A stretch of DNA of 64,000 nt from Alphaproteobacteria bacterium (GTDB lineage: Bacteria; Pseudomonadota; Alphaproteobacteria; UBA828), in assembly GCA_965214705.1 (NCBI GenBank), contig OZ243972.1:1792001-1856000 (forward strand). Reading direction: 5' to 3'. The first letter of the stretch is position 1; each line of letters starts with the position of its first letter. The translations under genes and the position numbers were made by a program. The notes beneath the pieces were generated by a model that saw only the letters and a list, made by a program, of their open reading frames with translations, did not search any database and had not been told where the DNA came from. This document shows, piece by piece, positions 58,037 through 64,000 of the stretch.

Positions 58037-58866
58037 TGCCGCGCGCCGTCAAACGGGCGCTCAAACGTGCCCTCGCTGCGACGGTCGTGTGGACGTCGCT
58101 CGGCGCGCCTGCGGCGGCCGCCGAGTGGCGGTCGTGGTGTGCCGATGAGGATTCCGGCGCCGCGCTCGGCTGGCACTTCTACTGCGACCGGCAAGAGGAA
58201 GCGCAAGAGGCCGAACCGGCGCCCGTGCCACCGACGCGGTCCTCTCCCGACACCGCTCAATCTGCGATGGAACGTATCCAGGCGATGCGCAAGGCTCTCG
58301 AAGAGGCACGGGCGGAGGCGATCCTGAATCCGACCACCGCGAACGTCACCGCCTATCTGCGCCTGCAACAGGAGACCCTGCAACGCGCCGCTACTTTCTC
58401 CGACGCCTTCCGGCGCACGGTGTGGGCGACGCCGGAGCTCGACTACACGCTCCGCCGTCCGGTTGGCGCGCTCGCCAAGCAGGTCTGGTCGGACGGGCGG
58501 CGGCAGGCCCGGGACCGGGCCCTGGCAACTCTCGGGGACCGCTACGGGCTGATCTACCTGGGCCATGCCGGCTGCGCCGGCTGCAAGGTGTTCGGCCCGC
58601 TGCTGCGCGCCTTCGCACAACGCCACGGCCTCGACGTGCTGGCGGTCTCGCTCAGCGGCGAGGCGCTGGAGGGCTGGCCCGAGGCTGTGGCGGATCAGGG
58701 GCGCGCCGCCCGGTTGGGCCTCGCGGGTGCGCCGGTTCCCGCCCTGGTGCTGTTCGACACGCAGACCAAGCACGTGATGCCCGTCGGCTTCGGCGTCATG
58801 GCCGAGGACGAGATGGCCGAGCGGATCTTCGCGCTCACCGCCCTGGAGCCCGGCAATGATTACTGA
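58033..58866 (+). CDS. traF: TraF (thioredoxin-like)
   Basis: GWHFYCD, AILNPT..NV..Y, PELDY, CAGC and VPALVLF. Confidence 0.9.
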   Translation: MMPRAVKRALKRALAATVVWTSLGAPAAAAEWRSWCADEDSGAALGWHFYCDRQEEAQEAEPAPVPPTRSSPDTAQSAMERIQAMRKALEEARAEAILNPTTANVTAYLRLQQETLQRAATFSDAFRRTVWATPELDYTLRRPVGALAKQVWSDGRRQARDRALATLGDRYGLIYLGHAGCAGCKVFGPLLRAFAQRHGLDVLAVSLSGEALEGWPEAVADQGRAARLGLAGAPVPALVLFDTQTKHVMPVGFGVMAEDEMAERIFALTALEPGNDY

Positions 58867-60286
58867 TCTGAAGAAGAGCGCGGCTGGCGCTGCGCTCGCG
58901 GCGATGTTCGCGCTGGGCGTGGCGCCGGCCCATGCCGACGTCCTCTCGGAGATGAACCGCTTCTGGCAGGGCGCGGCGGTCAACACCACCGGACCGACCG
59001 CCTTCCAGGGCCAGGCGTCGGGCCACTGGACGCTCGGCAATCTCTATCTGAGATCGCCGGTGCGCTCGGAACAGATCGCTACCGTCAGCCTGCCCAGCTT
59101 CAGGGCGGGCTGCGGCGGCATCGACGCGTTCGCGGGCGCGTTCTCCTTCATCAACTCGGACCAGCTGATCGCCTTCGGCCGCGCGGTCGCCCAGAACGCC
59201 GCCGGCTTCGCCTTCGAGCTGGCGCTGGAGACCATCTCGCCCGTCATCGCCGAGACCATGGCCAAGCTCAGGGCGCTGGCGCAATGGATCAACAACCAGA
59301 ACATGAACAGCTGCGAGACCGCGCAGGCGCTGGTCGGGGCGGTGTGGTCGAAGAACGACCGGGCGAGCGCCGCGATCTGCGCCGCGATCGGCACCAGCCA
59401 GGGCATCTTCTCCGATTACGCCGCCGCCAGGCACGGCTGCGGCGCCGACGGCAAGCGCAACTCCACCCTGGCCGCCGCCTCCGGCGCGATGGCCGACCAG
59501 GTGCCGGTCAACGTCAACTACGCCTGGAAGGCGATCCGGGCCTCGTCGTTCCTGTCCGGGGACACGCAACTCGCGGAGTTCGCCATGGCGATCACGGGCA
59601 CGCTGATCGTCACCGCGCCCACCGGCGACGGCGACACGTCCGGGCCGCGGGTGCGCATCCTGGAGCCGCTGGCGCTCGACCGGCGGGTCACCGAGACCCT
59701 GATGGAGGGCGGCGGCGCCCTTCCCGTCTACGCCTGCGACACGCCGGACGCCTGTCTCAACCCGACGCTCGGCACCGCGACCGTTCCCGCCGACAGCGGC
59801 TTCCGGGCGCGGGTCGCCGGGCTGCTGCTCGATCTCGTGGACGCGGTGCGCACCGACACCGCCCCTCCGGCGGCGGCGCTCGGTCTGGTCAACCTCACCA
59901 CCTTGCCTGTCTACCGGGTCGCCAACGCGGCCGCGGCCTACCGGGGCGCGGTGATCGACCAGGAAATGGACGCGCTTGCCGAGGCCGTCGCGCTCGACGT
60001 GATGCAGGTCTGGATCACCGACCTGCACCGGACGGTGGAGGAGCGCGCCGGGACGCTCGACATCGCGGACGGCGAGCAACTGCGGCGCTGGCGCGAGGGG
60101 CTGAGGGCCAACCGCATCGCGCTGGCACGGCACCGCCACCAGGGGCTTCAGCGCCTCAACACGGCGCTCGCCGTGGTCGAGAAGCTGCGCCTGATCGAGA
60201 CCGAGCTGGCGGGCGCGCTGTCGGCGGACCTGCGGGCGGCGCTCGCCTGGTCGCGCGGCGGCGCCGGCGCGGCGGGCGCGCAGTAG
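58856..60286 (+). CDS. traH: TraH
   Basis: PSFRAGCGGIDAFAGAFSFIN, FELALETISP and NSCETAQALV. Confidence 0.93.
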   Translation: MITDLKKSAAGAALAAMFALGVAPAHADVLSEMNRFWQGAAVNTTGPTAFQGQASGHWTLGNLYLRSPVRSEQIATVSLPSFRAGCGGIDAFAGAFSFINSDQLIAFGRAVAQNAAGFAFELALETISPVIAETMAKLRALAQWINNQNMNSCETAQALVGAVWSKNDRASAAICAAIGTSQGIFSDYAAARHGCGADGKRNSTLAAASGAMADQVPVNVNYAWKAIRASSFLSGDTQLAEFAMAITGTLIVTAPTGDGDTSGPRVRILEPLALDRRVTETLMEGGGALPVYACDTPDACLNPTLGTATVPADSGFRARVAGLLLDLVDAVRTDTAPPAAALGLVNLTTLPVYRVANAAAAYRGAVIDQEMDALAEAVALDVMQVWITDLHRTVEERAGTLDIADGEQLRRWREGLRANRIALARHRHQGLQRLNTALAVVEKLRLIETELAGALSADLRAALAWSRGGAGAAGAQ

Positions 60287-60305
60287 GCGCCGGGGCCTCC
60301 AGCCC

Positions 60306-63212
60306 GTGTTCGAGATCTTCACCCTCGGCGGCGGCGCCTACCTGGTCGACCTGCTGAACGCCGTCGCGGCGATCACCGGCGGCGGCGCCTACGTGACGCT
60401 CGCCCAGCTCGCCGGCGTGGCGGGGCTCGCCTGGATCCTGTTCCGCACCGCCTTCGGCGGCTCGTGGAAGGACAACGCCAAGTGGGTGCTGCTGTTCGTC
60501 GCCGTCTGGGGCGCGATGATCGTGCCCAGGGCGACGGTGCGGGTGGTCGATCGGCTCGACGCGACGCTCGCGCCCGCGGTCGTGGCCAACGTCCCGATCG
60601 GGCTCGCGCTCTTCGCGTCGTTGACCTCCCAGGTCGGCGACGGGCTCACAAGGCTCACCGAGCAGGCCTTCACCCTGCCCGACGATCTGCGCTACCAGCG
60701 CCACGGGCTCATATTCGGGGCGAGGCTCGCGGCGGCCGCGACCCGGCTCGAGGTGACCGACGCGGTGTTCGCGCGCAACCTGCGCAACTATGCGAGGCAG
60801 TGCGTCTTCCACGCGCTGCTGCTCGGCCATATGACGGCCGACGATCTGCGCGAATCGACCGACGTCTGGACCCTGGTGACCGCGGTGGGCGCGCCGTCCG
60901 CCGGGGCCTCGCCGGCGCGCATGTTCGAGTTCGCCACCCGGGGCGCCACGGCGGGCACCGGGGCGACCACGCTCACCCGCGAGATCGTCACCTGCGCCGA
61001 CGGGGCGGGGCGGCTCGACGCGCTGTGGACGGCCGAGCTCGCCCGCGCGGGCGACATCTTCGGCATGCGCCTCTTCCCCGACGCCGCGACCGACGCCGTG
61101 GCCCGCACCGAGCTCACCGCCGCGCTGCCGGCCGCGCACGACTTCCTGATCGGCGCCGCGCGCACCGCGGGCGAGATCATGCGCCAGCAGATGGTGCTGA
61201 ACGCGCTCCACGCCGCGGGCGAGCAATGGTCGGCGGAGGCCGGCAACGCCGCCGCGCTGCGGGCCTATACGGAAGCGAGGGCCGAGGCCCAGACGGTCTC
61301 GGCCTACCGGGCGATCGGCCGCCAGGCCGAGACCTGGGTGCCGCTGCTCCGCATCGTGTTCGAGTGCCTCTATGTCGGCGCCTTCCCGCTGGCGGTGCTG
61401 CTGATGCTGACGCCGGCGGGGCTCACGATATTCCGGTCCTACGTGACGGGGCTGATCTGGCTCCAGTCCTGGGGGCCGCTCTACGCCGTCCTGCACCGCA
61501 TCTCGATGGGCGAGGCGGCCGAGCGGATGAGCGCGGCGGCGGCGATGCCGGGGGGCGAGGCCGGCATCTCGCTGGTCGCCCAGGCCGGCATCCGGGCGGT
61601 CGCCTCCGACGTCGCGGTGATGAGCGGATACCTCTCCATGTCGGTGCCGTTCCTCGCCGCCGCCCTCGCCTACGGCCTGTCGAAAGCCACCGTGCTCGCG
61701 ACCTCGGTGCTGGCGGTCGGCCAGGACGCGGCCTCGGCGGCCGCGCACGAGGGCACGACGGGCAACCTGTCGCTCGCCAACACCGGCTACGACACGCACC
61801 GGTTCGCGACGCTGGAGGGGCGCCAGATCCGCACCTCGGCCCATGTCGACACCGACCGCTATGTGGGATTTGCGCCGGCCGGGGCGGGGTTCGTCGTGAC
61901 CGGCGACGGCACGGCGGTGGTCGACGCGGGCAGCGCCACCAGCCGCATTCCGGCAGCCGGGGTCAGGCTCTCGGAGGCGCTGGCGACCAGCAACGAGACG
62001 CGCGCGGCGGAGGCGGCATCGATCGCCCGAAACTGGGACGTGCAGGTGGGCATGGCGAGGAACGCCGCCGTGACCGATGCGACGAGGCTGGTCGAGCGTT
62101 ACAGCCACGACGTGAGCATCGGGGAGGCGCACGCCAGGGGGGTGACCGAGAGCGAGAGCGCGCAGGTGCAGGCGCTCGAGTCGCATTACGAGAAACTCGC
62201 CGAGATCGGCGGCATCACGAAGAACCAGGCCGCGGTGCTGACCGGCGAGGCGAAGATCGGCGGCGGACTGGAGAAGATCGTCGAGATCGGTGCGAGCGGG
62301 AGCGCGACCTGGCGCGGCGAGACCATCGAGAGCGAAGCGTGGAACCGGATGCGGGAATACGACCGCCAGCACGGGGTGACGGATTTGTGGTCGAGGGTCT
62401 CGGAGGCGTCGCGGCGCTACTCGGCGGCGACCGGCGAGAGCGAGGCGGCCGCGCTGGAGGAGAGCCTCAACGCCAATCTCACCCGGATGCGGAGCTTCGG
62501 CGAGCGGGCGTCACTGGCGCGGCAGGAGTCGGAGATGTGGACGGAGCAGGCGGCGCAGGTGCGTTCCGACGCGCAGGCCATCGACCGTGACCTCTCCCAG
62601 CCCTTCTTCGCCTGGCTGTCGGAGCGCGAGGGCGCGGACGGCAGGCCGATCGGCGCGGCCGGGGCGAGCAGTCTGATCTCGGTGCAGACGCCGGAGGACG
62701 CGGAAGCGCTCCGCGAGCATGCGGCCCGGTTCATCGCGGAGAAGTTCCCGGCGCCCGCCGGGCCCGATCGGGCGTCGGTCGGCGGTGTCGCGGCGTACGA
62801 GGGCGCCGCCGGCGAGGTGCGCGAGGCTTATGGCCGCGAGACCGCGGCGGCCCACGGGGGCTGGTCGGCTGCGGTGCGGGACCGGGCGGGCGCGGCCGGA
62901 ACGCCGCGGCCGGGCGGCGTGCCGGAGGCTGCGATCCGGGAAGGCGCGCGGGCGGAGACCGACATGATCGTGCGCGGCAGCGCGCGCGAGGCGAAGACGG
63001 AGGTGACGCGGGAGGACGCGCTGGAGGGCCGGGCCGGTGTCGCGGCGGAGACCGGGAAGCCCTTCGAGCACCATGCCACCGAGAACCTGCCGTTCATCGG
63101 CGGCTGGCTCGCCGGCAAGCTGTTCGGGACCGCGCAGAACGCGGCGCCGGACGGGGCCGGGGAGCAGCCGCGGACGATACCGACGCCGGACTGGCGGGAC
63201 CAGTCGCCGTGA
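60306..63212 (+). CDS. traG: TraG (F-type, VirB6-like N-terminus)
   Basis: EIFTLGGG..LNAVA, VANVPIGLA, WLQSWGPLYAVLH and GYLSMSVP; long Ala/Ser-rich tail. Confidence 0.92.
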   Translation: MFEIFTLGGGAYLVDLLNAVAAITGGGAYVTLAQLAGVAGLAWILFRTAFGGSWKDNAKWVLLFVAVWGAMIVPRATVRVVDRLDATLAPAVVANVPIGLALFASLTSQVGDGLTRLTEQAFTLPDDLRYQRHGLIFGARLAAAATRLEVTDAVFARNLRNYARQCVFHALLLGHMTADDLRESTDVWTLVTAVGAPSAGASPARMFEFATRGATAGTGATTLTREIVTCADGAGRLDALWTAELARAGDIFGMRLFPDAATDAVARTELTAALPAAHDFLIGAARTAGEIMRQQMVLNALHAAGEQWSAEAGNAAALRAYTEARAEAQTVSAYRAIGRQAETWVPLLRIVFECLYVGAFPLAVLLMLTPAGLTIFRSYVTGLIWLQSWGPLYAVLHRISMGEAAERMSAAAAMPGGEAGISLVAQAGIRAVASDVAVMSGYLSMSVPFLAAALAYGLSKATVLATSVLAVGQDAASAAAHEGTTGNLSLANTGYDTHRFATLEGRQIRTSAHVDTDRYVGFAPAGAGFVVTGDGTAVVDAGSATSRIPAAGVRLSEALATSNETRAAEAASIARNWDVQVGMARNAAVTDATRLVERYSHDVSIGEAHARGVTESESAQVQALESHYEKLAEIGGITKNQAAVLTGEAKIGGGLEKIVEIGASGSATWRGETIESEAWNRMREYDRQHGVTDLWSRVSEASRRYSAATGESEAAALEESLNANLTRMRSFGERASLARQESEMWTEQAAQVRSDAQAIDRDLSQPFFAWLSEREGADGRPIGAAGASSLISVQTPEDAEALREHAARFIAEKFPAPAGPDRASVGGVAAYEGAAGEVREAYGRETAAAHGGWSAAVRDRAGAAGTPRPGGVPEAAIREGARAETDMIVRGSAREAKTEVTREDALEGRAGVAAETGKPFEHHATENLPFIGGWLAGKLFGTAQNAAPDGAGEQPRTIPTPDWRDQSP

Positions 63213-63226
63213 TGCGTAGGGTGCGT

Positions 63227-63592
63227 TCAGTGCCCGCGCATCAGCCGTTCGTGCTCCTCATGGATGCGGAGCCAGGCGTAGCGACCGGTCTTCGTGCCCC
63301 AGTCGAAACTGTCGCCGTTGTCGCGCGGCAGCCGGTAGCGGCGGAACGGCGACCAGTCCCGGTGGCGGAGGCCCTGCCACAGGGCGGCGGCGACGCTGGC
63401 CGCAACCGTCCACGCGATGGCCGCCATCCAGACGGGACCGATCGCCTCCGTGCCGGACCCGGCCGCGAGCGACGCGGCGGTGTAGAGGGCGGCCAGGGCG
63501 AGCCCGCCGAGCACGAAGAGGCGCTCAGCACCCGTGCTTCTTGGCCTCGCCGGCACGCCGGAACGTGCATTCGATGTTCTTGGCATGTTCAT
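63227..63592 (-). CDS. Small two-TM membrane protein convergent with traG; entry-exclusion candidate
   Basis: GGAGG RBS, two hydrophobic segments, position as for SXT eex. Confidence 0.55.
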   Translation of the reverse strand: MNMPRTSNARSGVPARPRSTGAERLFVLGGLALAALYTAASLAAGSGTEAIGPVWMAAIAWTVAASVAAALWQGLRHRDWSPFRRYRLPRDNGDSFDWGTKTGRYAWLRIHEEHERLMRGH

Positions 63593-63783
63593 GTCCTCCG
63601 ATCATAGCGGCAGCGGTGCGGAATGGAATCCCCACCTGCTCCCCCGGCTCGGTGGCCGGGGCAGGCTCCCCCCGATCCGGGGGCGCCGCGCGGGGCGGCC
63701 CTCCTCCATCCCGGCCTCTTCGCCCGCCCTCCGCTTCGCTCCGCCTCCGGGCGGTGACTCACGCAACTTGAAGGAGACCGGCC

Positions 63784-64000
63784 ATGCGCGGTATCGGCGG
63801 CAGCACGCTCAGGGGCGGCCAGACGGTCTTTCACGGGCTGCGGATGTGGGGCCAGCTCTTCCGGGCGGCGATGTTCCTCGCGGCCGTCACCACCGTGACG
63901 GTGCCGGCCTGGACGCTGTGGCACCGCACCACCGGGGCGGAGTGGTACGCCGCCGGCATGGTGACGCTGGCCGAGGTCAAGCTCGTCCTCGGCTACGACC
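63784..64000 (+). CDS. traD: Coupling protein TraD, N-terminus (runs off the window)
   Basis: GAAGGAG RBS; MRGIGGSTLRGGQTVFHGLRMWGQ resembles F TraD TQGGQ..RMFSQ, followed by a TM segment. Confidence 0.72.
   Translation, partial: MRGIGGSTLRGGQTVFHGLRMWGQLFRAAMFLAAVTTVTVPAWTLWHRTTGAEWYAAGMVTLAEVKLVLGYD

Larger units (their letters stand above)
44373..64000 (+). mobile_element. Conjugation module of an F-type ICE (continues beyond the window; integrases at 29830-34406 probably belong to it)
   Basis: Activator, excisionase and contiguous traALEKBVC-trbI-trhF-traW-ssb-traU-trbC-traNFHG-traD. Confidence 0.85.

Overview
High-GC bacterial window, probably proteobacterial. The FN3/cadherin/Calx-beta autotransporter and tandem integrases resemble those of host-associated, e.g. 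sponge-symbiont, genomes (inference). It has three parts. (1) 1-4.3 kb: a tyrosine recombinase + IS91-like Y2 transposase element. Its transposase is cleanly interrupted by an IS1111-group IS110 element whose right non-coding end appears to encode a bridge/seek RNA. The guide segments of that RNA spell the conserved (Y/F)-N-S-C-R codons of the IS91 transposase. (2) 4.3-22 kb: a decaying catabolic/transport island (TMADH-like flavoenzyme, sugar-type ABC, KstD-like FAD enzyme, SnoaL, proline-iminopeptidase-like hydrolase, SDR, Liv-type ABC), hit by IS1634 and an IS1595-type MITE. (3) 22-64 kb: a mobile region with a Y4bA-D-like serine recombinase element, an IS66-transposase + DUF4338 element with 144-bp terminal inverted repeats, tandem tyrosine integrases, a HEPN-like orphan, an all-in-one kinase-regulator, a giant adhesin, an FseA/DUF2285-like activator, an excisionase and an F-type tra operon (traA to the start of traD). 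No rRNA, tRNA or CRISPR array was seen. Family assignments come from motif recognition by eye, not database searches, and single-base frameshifts may be sequencing errors.
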